Below, piece by piece: positions 14,001-28,300 of a DNA stretch of 64,000 bases (the stretch's first letter is position 1; each line of letters opens with the position of its first letter). Made by a program: the position numbers and the translations under genes. The notes beneath the pieces are model-generated. The model searched no databases. It was not told the origin of the DNA and saw only the letters and a program-made list of their open reading frames with translations. The stretch comes from the human T2T-CHM13v2.0 reference genome, Homo sapiens. The stretch lies in NCBI RefSeq assembly GCF_009914755.1, contig NC_060933.1. One strand, written 5' to 3'.

Positions 14001-16320
14001 CATTCCATTCCATTCCATTCCATTCCGGATGATTCCATTCCATTGCATTCCGTTCCATTACATTCCCCTGCACTCGGGTTGATACCATTCCATTCCATTC
14101 CATTCCATTCCATTCCATTCCATTCCATTCTATTCGGGTGAATTCCTTTCCATTCCATTCCATTCCATTCCATTCCATTCCATTCCATTCCATTGCAATC
14201 GAGTTGATTCCATTCCATTCCATTCCATTCCGTTCCGGATGATTCCATTCCATTCCATTCCATTCCATTCCATTCCCCTGCAGTCGGGTTGATTCCATTC
14301 CATTCCATTCCATTCCATTCCATTCCATTCCGTTCCGTTCAATTCCATTCCATTCCATTCTATTCGGGTTAATTCCATTCCCTTCCATTCCATTCCATTC
14401 CATTCCATTCCATTCGATTCCAATCGATTTGAATCCATTCCATTCCATTCCATTCCATTCCACTCCATTCCAGTCCTTTCCATTCCATTACACTCGGGTT
14501 GATTCCATTCTATTCCTTTCCACTCCATTCCATTCCATTGCAATCGAGTTGACTCCATTGCTTTGCATTCCATTCCATTCCATTCCATTCCGGATGATTC
14601 CATTCCATTGCATTCCATTCCATTCCATTCCCCTGCACTCGGGTTGATTCCATTCCATTCCACTCCTTTCCGTTCCATTCCATTCCATTCCATTTTATTC
14701 GGGTTAATTCCATTCCATTCCATTTCATTCCATTCCATTCCATTACAATCGAGTTGATTCCCTTCCATTCCATTCCATTCCATTCCATTCCAGTCCTTTC
14801 CATTCCATTCCACTCGGTTTGATTCCATTCTATTAGTTTCCATTCCATTCCATTCCCTTCCATTCCACTCTGGTTGATTCCTTTCCTTTCCATTCCACTC
14901 GAATACATTCCCTCCTATTCCACTCGGAACGATTCCATTCCATTCCATTACATTCCATTCCATTCCATTCCATTCCAGTTCGTTCCATTCCATTCTATTC
15001 CGTACCATTCCATTCCATTCCTTTCCATTCCATTACTTTCCACTCGTGTTGATTCCATTCCTTTCCATTCCATTCGGTTTGAAGGCATTCCATTCCATTC
15101 AATTCCATTCCATTCCATTCCATTCCATTCCATTCCATTCCATTCCATTCTATTCCATTCCATTGCAATCGAGTTGAATCCATTGCCTTTCATTCCATTC
15201 CATTCCATTCCATTCCATTCCGGATGATTCCATTCCATTCCATTCCATTCCATTTCATTCCCCTGCACTCGCGTTGATTCCATTCCATTCCATTCCATTC
15301 CATTCCGTTCCGTTCCATTCCATTCCATTCCATTCCATTCCATTCCGTTCCGTTCCATTCCATTCCATTCCATTCTATTCGGGTTAATTCCATTCCATTC
15401 CATTCGATTGCCATCGAGTTGATTCCATTCCATTCCATTCCATTCCATTCCTTTCCATTCCATTCCTTTCCATTCCATTACGGATGACTCCATTCCATTG
15501 CATTCCATTCCATTCCATTCCCCTGTACTCGGGTTGATTCCATTCCATTCCATTCCACTCCATTCGGTTCCGTTGCATTCCATTCTATTGCATTCCATTC
15601 TATTCGGGTTAATTCCATTCCATTCTATTCCATTCCATTCCATTCCATTCCATTGCAATGGAGATGATTCCATTCCATTCCATTCCATTCCGGATGATTC
15701 CATTCCATTGCATTCCATTCCTTTCCATTCCCCTGCACTCGTGTTCTTTCCATTCCGTTCCATTCCATTCCATTCCATTCTGTTCCGGTTAATTCCATTC
15801 CATTCCATTCCATTCCATTCCATTCCATTCCATTGCAATCGAGTTGATTGCATTCCATTCCTTTCCATTCCATTCCATTGCCTTGCATTCCACTCGGGTT
15901 GATTCCATTCCCTTCTTTCCACTCCATTACATTCCCTTCCATTCCACTCGGAATGATTGATTCCATTCCATTCCATTCCATTTCATTCCATTGCAATCCA
16001 TTCCAATCCATTCCATTCCATTCCATTCCACTCGAGTTGACTTCATTCCATTCCTTTCCATTCCATTCCATTCCTTTCCACTCGAGTTGATTCCATTCCA
16101 TTCCAATCCATTGCATTCCATTCCATGCCATTCCACTCGGGTTGATTCCATTCCTTTGCATTGCATTCCATTCCATTCCATTCCATTCCGTTTCATTCCA
16201 TTCCATTACATTCGGATTGATTCTATTCAACTCCCTTACTCTCCATTACATTCCATTCCATTCGGGTTGTTCCATTCCATTCCATTCCATTCCACTCCAT
16301 TCCATTGCACTCGGGTTGAT
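11090..16320 (+). repeat. Three related copies of a 1.2-1.6-kb block (~11090-12300, ~12390-14000, ~14745-16320), with a fourth at ~26305-27880
   Basis: Same ordered markers CTATTAGTTT, CGAATAC, TTTGAAGGCA, CGATTGCCATCGAG, ACGGATGACT, CGGTTCCGTTGCATT, GCAATGGAG, CCCTTCTTTCCACT. ORF pair 11391..11717 / 12694..13020 is offset by 1303 bp. Confidence 0.85.
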
Positions 16321-19300
16321 TCCATTCCATTCCATTCCATTCCATTCCATTCCGTTCCGTTCCATTCCATTCCATTCCATTCCATTCCGTTCCCTTCCAT
16401 TCCATTCCATTCCATTCTATTCGGGTTAATTCCATTCCATTCCATTCGATTGCAATCGTGTTGATTCCATTCCATTCCATTCCATTCCATTCCATTCCAT
16501 TCCATTCCATTCCTTTCCATTCCATTACGGATGATTCCATTTCATTGCATTCCATTCCATTCCATTCCCCTGTACTCGGGTTGATTCCATTCCATTGCAT
16601 TCCAATCCATGCCCTTCCACTCGTGTTGAGTCCATTCATTCCATTCCATTCAAGTTGAATCCATTCCATTGCATTCCATTCCATTCGATTCCATTCGATT
16701 GCATTCGGGTTGATTCCATTCCATTGCATTCCATTCCATTCCATTCCATTCCATTCCATTCCATTCCATTCCGTTCCATTCCATTCCATTACATTCGGAT
16801 TGATTCTATTCAATTCCCTTACACTCCATTACATTCCATTCCATTCGGGTAGTTTCCATTCCATTCCATTCCATTCCTCTCCATTCCATTGCACTCAGGT
16901 TGATTCCATTCCATTGCATTCCATTCCATTCCATTCAATCCATTCCGTTCCATTCCATTCCATTATATTCGGATTGATTCTATTCAACTCCCTTACTCTC
17001 CATTACATTCCATTCCATTCGGGTTGTTCCATTCCATTCCATTCCATTCCACTCCATTCCATTGCACTCGGGTTTATTCAATTCCACTCCATTCCATTCC
17101 ATTCCGGAAGATTCCATTCCATTGCATTCCATTCCATTCCATTCCCCTGCACTCGCGTTGATTCCATTCCATTCCATTCCATTCAATTCCATTCCATTCC
17201 ATTCCATTCCAATCCAGTTGATTCCATTCCATTCCCTTACATTTCATTCCATTCCACTCCATTCCAGTCCTTTCCATTCCATTCCACTCGGGTTGATTCC
17301 ATTCTATTCCTTTCCATTCCATTCCATTCCATTGCAATCGAGTTGATTCGATTGCTTTGCATTCCATTCCATTCCATTCCATTCCGGATGATTAAATTCC
17401 ATTGCATTCCATTCCATTCCATTCCCCTGCACTCGGGTTGATTCCATTCCATTCCACTCCATTCCGTTCCATTCCATTCCATTCCATTGTATTCGGGTTA
17501 ATTCCATTCCATTCCATTCCATTCCATTCCATTCCATTCCATTACAATCGATTTGATTCCATTCCATTCCATTCCATTCCATTCCATTCCAGTCCTTTCC
17601 ATTCCATTCTACTCGGGTTGATTTCATTCTGTTAGTTTCCATTCCATTCCATTCCCTTCCATTCCACTCTGGTTGATTCCATTCCTTTCCATTCCACTCG
17701 AATACATTCTCTCATATTCCACTCGGAACGATTCCATTCCATTCCATTCCATTCCATTCCATTCCATTCCATTTCGTTCCATTCCATTCTATTCCGTACC
17801 ATTCCATTCCATTCCATTCCATTCCATTCCATTCCACTCGTGTTGATTCCATTCCTTTCCATTCCATTCGTTTTGAAGCCATTCCATTCCATTCAATTCC
17901 ACTCCATTCCATTCCATTCCATTCCATTCCATTCTATTCCATTCCATTGTACTCGGGTTGATTCCATTCCATTGCATTCCATCCCATTCTATTCCATTCC
18001 ATTCCGTTCCATTACATTCGCATTGATTCTATTCAACTCCCTTACACTCCATTCCATTCCATTCCATTCGGGTTGTTCCATTCCATTCCATTCCATTCCA
18101 CTCCATTCCATTGCACTCGGGTTGATTCGATTCCATTCCATTCCATTCCATTCCATTCCGGATGATTCCATTCCATTGCATTCCGTTCCATTACATTCCC
18201 CTCCACTCGCATTGATTCCATTCCATTCCATTCCATTCCATACCATTCCATTCCATTCCATTCCATTCCATTCCATTCCATTGCGTTCCGTTCCATTCCG
18301 TTCCATTCCATTCCATTCTATTCGGGTTAATTCCATTCCATTCCATTCCATTCCATTCCATTCTATTCCATTCCATTGCAATCGAGTTGAATCCATTGCA
18401 TTCCATTCCATTCCATTCCATTACGGAAGATTCCATTCCATTGCATTCCATTCCATTCCATTCCCCTGCACTCGCGTTTATTCCATTCCATTCCATTCCG
18501 TTCCGTTCCGTTCCATTCCATTCCATTCCATTCCATTCCACTCCATTCCATTCCATTCCGTTCCGTTCCATTCCATTCCATTCCGTTCTATTCGGGTTAA
18601 TTCCATTCCATTCCATTCGATTGCAATGAGAGTTGATTCCATTCCATTCCATTCCATTCCATTCCATTCCTTTCCATTCCATTCCTTCCCATTCCATTAC
18701 GGATGATTCCATTCCATTGCATTCCATTCCGTTCCATTCCCTTGTACTGGGGTTGATTCCATTCCATTCCATTCCAATTCATGCCATTCCACTCGTGTTG
18801 ATTCCATTCTTTCCATTCCATTCAAGTTGAATCAATTCCATTGCATTCCATTCCATTCGATTCCATTCGATTGCACTCGGGTTGATTCCATTCCATTGCA
18901 TTCCATTCCATTCCATTCCATTCCATTCCATTCCATTCCGTTCCATTCCATTCCATTACATTCGGATTGATTCTTTTCAACTCCCTTACTCTCCATTACA
19001 TTCCTTTCCATTCGGGTTGTTCGATTCCATTCCATTCCTTTCCACTCCATTCCATTGCACTCGGGTTGATTCCATTCCATTCCATTCCATTCCATTCCAT
19101 TCTATTCCATTCCATTCCCCTGCACTCGCGTTGATTCCATTCCATTTCATTCCATTCCATTCCATTCCATTCCATTCTTTTCCGTTCCATTCCATTCCAT
19201 TCCATTCCATTCCGTTCCGTTCCATTCCATTTCATTCCATTCTATTCGGGTTAATTCCATTCCATTCCATTCGATTGCAATCGAGTTGATTCCATTCCAT

Positions 19301-22300
19301 TCCATTCCATTCCATTCCATTCCATTCCATTCCATTCCTTTCCATTCCATTACGGATGATTCCATTCCATTGCATTCCATTCCATTCCATTCCCCTGTAG
19401 TCGGGTTGATTCCATTCCATTCCATTCCAATCCATGCCATTCCACTCGTGTTGATTCCATTCTTTCCATTCCATTCAGGTTGAATACATTCCATTGCATT
19501 CCATTCCATTCGATTCCATTCGATTGCACTCGGGTTGACTCCATTCCATTGCATTCCATTCCATTACGTTCCATTCCATTTCATTACATTCAGATTGATT
19601 CTCTTCAATTCCCTTACACTCCATTATATTCCAATCCATTCTGGTTGTTTCCATTCCATTCCATTCCATTTCACTCCATTCCATTGCACTCGGGTTAATT
19701 CCATTGCATTCCATTCCATTCCATTCCGGATGATTCCATTCCATTGCATTCCATTCCATTCCATTCCCCTGCACTCGGGTTGATACCATTCCATTCCATT
19801 ACATTACATTCCGTTCCATTCCATTCCATTCCATTCGGATTGATTCTATTCAATTCCCTTACACTCCATTACATTCCATTCCATTCGGGTAGTTTCCATT
19901 CCTTTCCATTCCATTTCTCTCTATTCCATTGTACTCGGGTTGATTCCATTCCATTCCATTCCATTCCATTCCATTCCATTCCATTCCATTCCATTCCATT
20001 GTACTCGGGTTGATTCCATTCCATTGCATTCCATTACATTCCATTCCATTCCATTCCGTTCCATTCCATTACATTCCATTCGGATTGATTCTATTCAACT
20101 CCCTTACTCTCTATTACATTCCATTCCATTCGGGTTGTTCCATTCCATTCTATTCCATTGCACTCCATTCCATTGCACTCAGGTTGATTCCATTCCATTC
20201 CATACCATTCAATTCCATTCCGGATGATTCCATTCCATTCCATTCCCTTCCATTCCACTCTGGTTGATTCCATTCCTTTCCATTCCACTCGTATGCATTC
20301 CGTCCTATTCCACTCGGAACAATTCCATTCCATTCCATTCCATTCCACTCGTGTTGATTCCATTCCTTTCCGTTCCATTCGGTTTGAAGCCATTCCATTC
20401 CATTCAATTCCATTCCATTCCATTCCGTTCCATTCCATTTCATTCCATTGTACTCGGGTTGATTCCATTCCATTGCATTCCATTCCATTCCATTCAATTC
20501 CATTCCGTTCCATTCCATTCCATTACATTCGGATTGATTCTATTCAACTCCCTTACTCTCAATTACATTCCATTCCATTCGGATTGATTCTATTCAACTC
20601 CCTTACTCTCCATTACATTACATTCCATTCGGGTTGTTCCATTCCATTCCATTCCATTCCACTCCATTCCATTGCACTCGGGTTGATTCCATTCCATTCC
20701 ATTCCATTCCATTCCATTCCATTCCATTCCATTCCATTCCGGATGATTCCATTCCATTGCATTCCGTTCCATTACATTCCCCTGCACTCGGGTTGATTCC
20801 ATTCCATTCCATTCCATTCCATTCGATTCCATTCCATTCCAATTCTTTCCTTTCCATTCTATTCCGTACCATTCCATTCCATTCCATACAAATCCATTCC
20901 ATTCCATTCCATTCCTTTCCGTTCCGTTCCGTTCCGTTCCGTTCCATTCCATTCCATTCCATTCTATTCGGGTTAATTCCATTTCATTCCATTCCATTCC
21001 ATTCTATTGCATTCCATTGCAATCGAGTTGAATCCATTGCATTCCATTCCATTCCATTCCGGAAGATTCCATTCCATTGCAATCTATTCCATTCCATTCC
21101 CCTGCACTCGCGTTGATTCCATTCCATTTCATTCCCTTCCATTCCATTACATTCGGATAGATTCTATTCAATTCCCTTATTCTCCATTACATTCCATTCC
21201 ATTCGGGATGTTTCCATTCCATTCCATTCCATTCCACTCCATTCCATTGCATCAGGTTGATTGCATTCCATTCCATTCCATTCCGTTCCGGATGATTCCA
21301 TTCCATTGCATTCCATTCCATTCCATTCCCCTGCAGTCGGGTTGATTCCATTCCATTGCATTCCATTCCATTCCATTCCATTCCATTCTGTTCCATTCCA
21401 TTCCATTCCATTCTATTCGGGTTAATTCCAATCCATTCCATTCCATTCCATTCCAATCGACTTGATTCCATTCCATTCCATTCCATTCCATTCCACTCTA
21501 TTCCAGTCCTTTCCATTCCATTCCACTCGGGTTGATTCCATTCTATTCCTTTCCATTCCATTCCATTCCATTGCAATCGAGTTGATTCCATTTCTTTGCA
21601 TTCCGTTCCATTCCATTCCATTCCATTATATTCGGGTTAATTCCATTGCATTCCATTCCATTCCATTCGGGTAGTTTCCATTCCATTCCATTCCATTCCT
21701 CTCCATTCCATTGCACTCGGGTTGATTCCATTCCATTGCATTCCATTCCATTCCATTCCATTCCATTCCATTCTATTCCATTCTATTCCATTCCATTGTA
21801 CTCGGGTTGATTCCATTCCATTGCATTCCATTCCATTCCATTCCATTCCATTCCATTCCATTCCATTCCATTCCATTCCATTCCGGATGATTCCATTCCA
21901 TTGCATTCCATTCCATTCCATTCCCCTGCACTCGGTTTGATTACATTCCATTCCCTTCCCTTCCATTCCTTTCCATTCCATTCCATTCCATTCTATTCGG
22001 GTGAATTCCGTTCCATTCCATTGCATTCCATTCCATTCCATTCCATTCCATTCCGTTCCATTCCATCCCATTACATTTGGATTGATTCTATTCAATTCCC
22101 TTACACTTCATTACATTCCATTCCATTCGGGTAGTTTCCATTCCATTCCATTCCATTCCTCTCCATTCCATTGCACTCGGGTTGATTCCATTCCATTCCA
22201 TTCCATTCCATTCCATTCCATTCCATTGTACTCGGGTTGATTCCATTCCATTGCATTGCATTCCATTCCATTCCGTTCCATTCCATTCCATTACATTCGG

Positions 22301-25300
22301 GTTGATTCTATTCAACTCCCTTACTCTCCATTACATTCCATTCCATTCGTGTTGTTCCATTCCATTCCATTCCATTCCACTCCATTGCATTGCACTCGGG
22401 TTGATTCCATTCCATTCCATTCCATTCTATTCCATTCCGGATGATTCCATTCCATTGCATTCCGTTCCATTATATTCCCCTGCACTCGGGGTGATTCCAT
22501 TCCATTCCATTCCATTCCATACCATTCCATTCGATTACATTCCATTCCAATTCTTCCATTCCATTCTATTCCGTACCATTCCATTCCATTCCATACAATT
22601 CCATTCCATTCCATTCCATTCCATTCCATTCCGTTCCGTTCCGTTCCGTTCCATTCCATTCCATTCCATTCCATTCTATTCCACTCCATTGCAATCGAGT
22701 TGAATCCATTGCATTCCATTCCATTCCATTCCATTCCATTTCGGAAGATTGCATTCCATTGCATTCCATTCCATTCCATTCCCCTGCAGTCGCGTTGAAT
22801 CCATTCCATTCCATTCCATTCCATTCCATTCCATTCCATTCCTTTCCGTTCCATTCCATTCCATTCCATTCCATTCCTTTCCATTCCGTTCCGTTCCATT
22901 CCATTCCATTCCATTCTATTCGGGTTAATTCCATTCCATTCCATTCGATTACAATTGAGTTGATTCCATTCCATTCCATTCGATTCCATTCCATTCCATT
23001 CCATTCCATTCCATTCCTTTCCATTCCATTACGGATGATTCCATTCCATTGCATTCCATTCCATTCCATTCCCCTGTACTCGGGTTGATTCCATTCAATT
23101 CCATTCCAATCCATGCCACTCCACTCGTGTTGATTCCATTCTTTCCATTCCATTCAAGTTGAATCCTTTCCATTGCATTCCATTCCATTCGATTCCATTC
23201 GATTGCACTCGGGTTGATTCCATTCCATTGCATTCCATTCCATTCCATTCCATTCCATTCCATTCCATTCCGTTCCATTCCATTTCATTACATTCAGATT
23301 GATTCTATTCAATTCCCTTACACTCCATTATATTCCAATCCATTCTAGTTGTTTCCATTCCATTCCATTCCATTTCACTTGTGTTGATTCCATTCCTTTC
23401 CATTCCATTCGGTTTGAAGCCATTCCATTCCATTCAATTCCACTCCATTCCATTCCATTCCATTCCATGCCATTCCACTCGGGTTGATTCCATTCCTTTC
23501 CATTCCATTCTTGTTGAATCCATTCCATTCCATTCTATTCCATTCGAATCCATTCCATTGCACTCGGGTTGATTCCATTCCATTCCATTCCATTCCATTG
23601 CAATCGAGTTGATTCCATTCCAATCCATTCCATTCCGTTCCGGATGATTCCATTCCATTCCATTCCATTCCATTCCATTCCATTCCTCTGCAGTCGGGTT
23701 GATTCCATTCCATTCCATTCCATTCCATTCCATTCCATTCCATTCCATTCCGTTCAATTCCATTCCATTCCATTGTATTCGGGTTAATTCCATTCCATTC
23801 CATTCCATTCCATTCCATTCCATTCCATTCCAATCGAGTTGATTCCATTCCATTCCATTCCATTCCATTCCACTCCATTCCGTTCCATTCCATTCCATTC
23901 CATTGTATTCGGGTTAATTCTATTCCATTCCATTCCATTATACTCCATTCCAGTCCTTTCCATTCCATTCCACTCGGGTTGATTCCATTCTATTCCTTTC
24001 AATTCCATTCCATTCCATTGCAATCGAGTTGATTCCATTCGAGTTGAATCCATTCCATTCCATTCCATTCCATTCCATTGCACACGGGTTCATTCCATTC
24101 CATTCCATTCCATTCCATTCCATTCCATTCCATTCCATTTCATTCCATTCTATTCTATTCCGTACCATTCCATTCATTCCCATTGCATTCCATTCCATTC
24201 CATGCCATTACACTCGGGTTGATTCCATTCCTTTCCATTCCATTCTTGTTGAATCCATTCCATTCCATTCTATTCCATTCGAATCCATTCCATTGCACTC
24301 GGGTTGATTCCATTCCATTCCATTCCATTCCATTTCATTCCATTCCATTCCATTACATTCGGATTGAATCTATTCAATTCCCTTACACTCCATTCCATTC
24401 CATTCCATTCCATTCCATTCCATTCCACTCCATTCCACTGCGTCAGGTTGATTGCATTCCATTCCATTCCATTCCATTCCGGATGATTCCATTCCATTGC
24501 ATTTAATTCCATTCCATTCCCCTGCACTCGGGTTGATTCCATTCCATTCCATTCCATTCCATTCCATTCCGTTCCATTCCATTCCATTCCATTCTATTCC
24601 GGTTAATTCCATTCCATTCCATTCCATTCCATTCCATTCCATTCCATTCCATTGCAATCGAGTTGCTTCCATTCCATTCCATTCCATTCCGTTCCGGATG
24701 ATTCCATTCCATTCCATTCCATTCCATTCCATTCCTCTGCAGTCGGGTTGATTCCATTCCATTCCATTCCATTCCGTTCCATTCCATTCCATTCCGTTCA
24801 ATTCCATTCCATTCCATTCTATTCGGGTTAATTCCATTCCATTCCATTCCATTCCATTCCATTCCATTCCAATCGAGTTGATTCCATTCCATTCCATTCC
24901 ATTCCATTCCATTCCACTCCATTCCAGTCCTTTCCATTCCATTACACTCGGGTTGATTCCATTCTATTCCTTTCCATTCCATTCCATTCCATTGGAATCG
25001 AGTTGATTCCATTGCTTTGCATTCCATTCCATTCCATTCCATTCCGGATGATTCCATTCCATTGCATTCCATTCCATTCCATTCCCCTGCACTAGGGTTG
25101 ATTCTATTCCATTCCACTCCATTCCGTTCCATTCCATTCCATTCCATTGTATTCGGGTTAATTCTATTCCATTCCATTCCATTCCATTCCATTCCATTCC
25201 ATTCCATTCCATTACAATCGAGTTGATTCCATTCCATTCCATTCCATTCCATTCCATTCCATTCCAGTCCTTTCCATTCCATTCCACTCGGGTTGATTCC

Positions 25301-28300
25301 ATTCTATTAGTTTCCATTCCATTCCATTCCCTTCCATTCCACTCTGGTTGATTCCATTCCTTTCCATTCCACTCGAATACATTCCCTCCTATTCCACTCG
25401 GAACGATTCCATTCCATTCCATTCCATTCCATTCCATTCCATTCCATTCCATTCCAGTTCGTCCCATTCCATTCTATTCCGTACCATTCCATTCCATTCC
25501 ATTCCATTCCATTCCATTCCATTCCATTCCGTTCCGTTCCATTCCATTCCATTCCATTCCATTCGGATTAATTCCATTCCACTCCATTCGATCGCAATCG
25601 AGTTGATTCCATTCCATTCCATTCCATTCCATTCCATTCCATTCCATTCCATTCCTTTCTATTCCATTACTGATGATTCCTTTCCATTGCATTCCATTCC
25701 ATTCCATTCCCCTGTACTCGGGTTGATTCCATTCCATTCCATTCCAATCCATGCCATTCCACTCGTGTTGATTCCATTCTTTCCATTCCATTCAAGATGA
25801 ATCCATTTCATTGCATTCCATTCCATTCCATTCCCCTGCAGTCGGGTTGATTCCATTCCATTCCATTCCATTCCATTCCATTCCATTCCGTTCCGTTCCT
25901 TTCCGTTCCGTTCCATTCCATTCCATTCCATTCTTCGGGTTAATTCCATTCCATTCCATTCCATTCCAATCCAGTTGATTCCATTCCATTCCATTCCATT
26001 CCATTCCACTCCTTTCCAGTCCTTTCCATTCCATTCCACTCGGGTTGATTCCAATGTATTCCTTTCCATTCCATTCCATTCCATTGCAATCGAGTTGATT
26101 CCATTGCTTTGCATTCCATTCCATTCCATTCTATTCCGGATGATTCCATTCCATTGCATTCCATTCCATTCCATTCCCCTGCACTCGGGTTGATTCCATT
26201 CCATTCCACTGCATTCCGTTCCATTCCATTCCATTCCATTGTATTCGGGTTAATTCCATTCCATTCCATTCCATTCCATTCCATTCCATTCCATTCCATT
26301 CCATTACAATCGAGTTGATTCCATTCCATTGCATTCCATTCCATTCCATTCCAGTCCTTTCCATTCCATTCCACTCGGGTTGATTCCATTCTATTAGTTT
26401 CCATTCCATTCCATTCCCTTCCATTCCACTCTGGTTGATTCCATTCCTTTCCATTCCACTCGAATACATTCCCTCCTATTCCACTCGGAACGATTCCATT
26501 CCATTCCATTGCATTCCATTCCATTCCATTCCATTCCATTCCAGTTCGTTCCATTCCGTTCTATTCCGTACCATTCCATTCCATTCCATTCCTTTCCATT
26601 CCATTCCTTTCCACTCGTGTTGATTCCATTCCTTTCCATTCCATTCGGTTTGAAGGCATTCCATTCCTTTCAATTCCATTCCATTCCATTCCATTCCATT
26701 CCATTCCATTCCATTCCATTGCAATCGAGTTGAATCCATTGCCTTTCGTTCCATTCCATTCCATTCCATTCCGGAAGATTCCATTCCATTGCATTCCATT
26801 CCATTCCATTCCCCTGCACTCGCGTTGATTCCATTCCATTCCATTCTATTCCATTCCGTTCCGTTCCATTCCATTCCATTCCATTCCATTCCGTTCCATT
26901 CCATTCCATTCCATTCTATTCGGGTTAATTCCATTCCATTCCATTCGATTGCCATCGAGTTGATTCCATTCCATTCCATTCCATTCCATTCCATTCCATT
27001 CCATTCCATTCCTTTCCATTCCATTACGGATGACTCCATTCCATTGCATTCCATTCCATTCCATTCCCCTGTACTCGGGTTGATTCCATTCCATTCCATT
27101 CCACTCCATTCGGTTCCGTTGCATTCCATTCTATTGCATTCCATCTATTCGGGTTAATTCCATTCCATTCTATTCCATTCCATTCCATTCCATTCCATTG
27201 CAATGGAGTTGATTCCATTCCATTCCATTCCATTCCGGATGATTCCATTCCATTGCATTCCATTCCATTCCATTCCCCTGCACTCGTGTTGATTCCATTC
27301 CCTTCCATTCCATTCCATTCCGTTCCATTCCATTCCATTCCATTCTATTCCGGTTAATTCCATTCCATTCCATTCCATTCCATTCCATTCCGTTGCAATC
27401 GAGTTGATTCCATTCCATTCCTTTCCATTCCATTCCATTGCGTTGCATTCCACTCGGGTTGATTCCATTCCCTTCTTTCCACTCCATTACATTCCCTTCC
27501 ATGATTGATTCCATTCCATTCCATTCCATTTCATTCCATTGCAATCCATTCCAATCCATTCCATTCCATTCCATTCCACTCGAGTTGACTTCATTCCATT
27601 CCTTTCCATTCCATTCCATTCCTTTCCACTCGAGTTGATTCCATTCCATTCCAATCCATTGCATTCCATTCCATGCCATTCCACTCGGGTTGATTCCATT
27701 CCTTTGCATTCCATTCCATTCCATTCCATTCCATTCCATTCCGTTGTATTCCATTCCATTACATTCGGATTGATTCTATTCAACTCCCTTACTCTCCATT
27801 ACATTCCATTCCATTCGGGTTGTTCCATTCCATTCCATTCCATTCCACTCCATTCCATTGCACTCGGGTTGATTCCATTCCATTCCATTCCATTCCGGAT
27901 GATTCCATTCCATTGCATTCCATTCCATTCCATTCCATTCCATTTCGTTCCATTCCATTCTGTTCCGTATCATTCCATTCCATTCCATTACATTCCATTC
28001 CATTCCATTCCATTCCACTCGTGTTGATTCCATTCCTTTCCATTCCATTCGGTTTGAAGGCATTCCATTCCATTCCATTCCATTCCTTTCCATTCCATTC
28101 CATTGTACTCGGGTTGATTCCATTCCATTGCATTCCATTCCATGCCATTCCATTCCATTCCGGATGATTCCATTCCATTACATTCCGTTCCATTACATTC
28201 CCTTGCACTCGCGTTGATTCCATTCGATTCCATTCCATTCCATTCAATTCCATTCCATTACAATTCGTTCCATTCCATTCTATTCCGTACCATTCCATTC

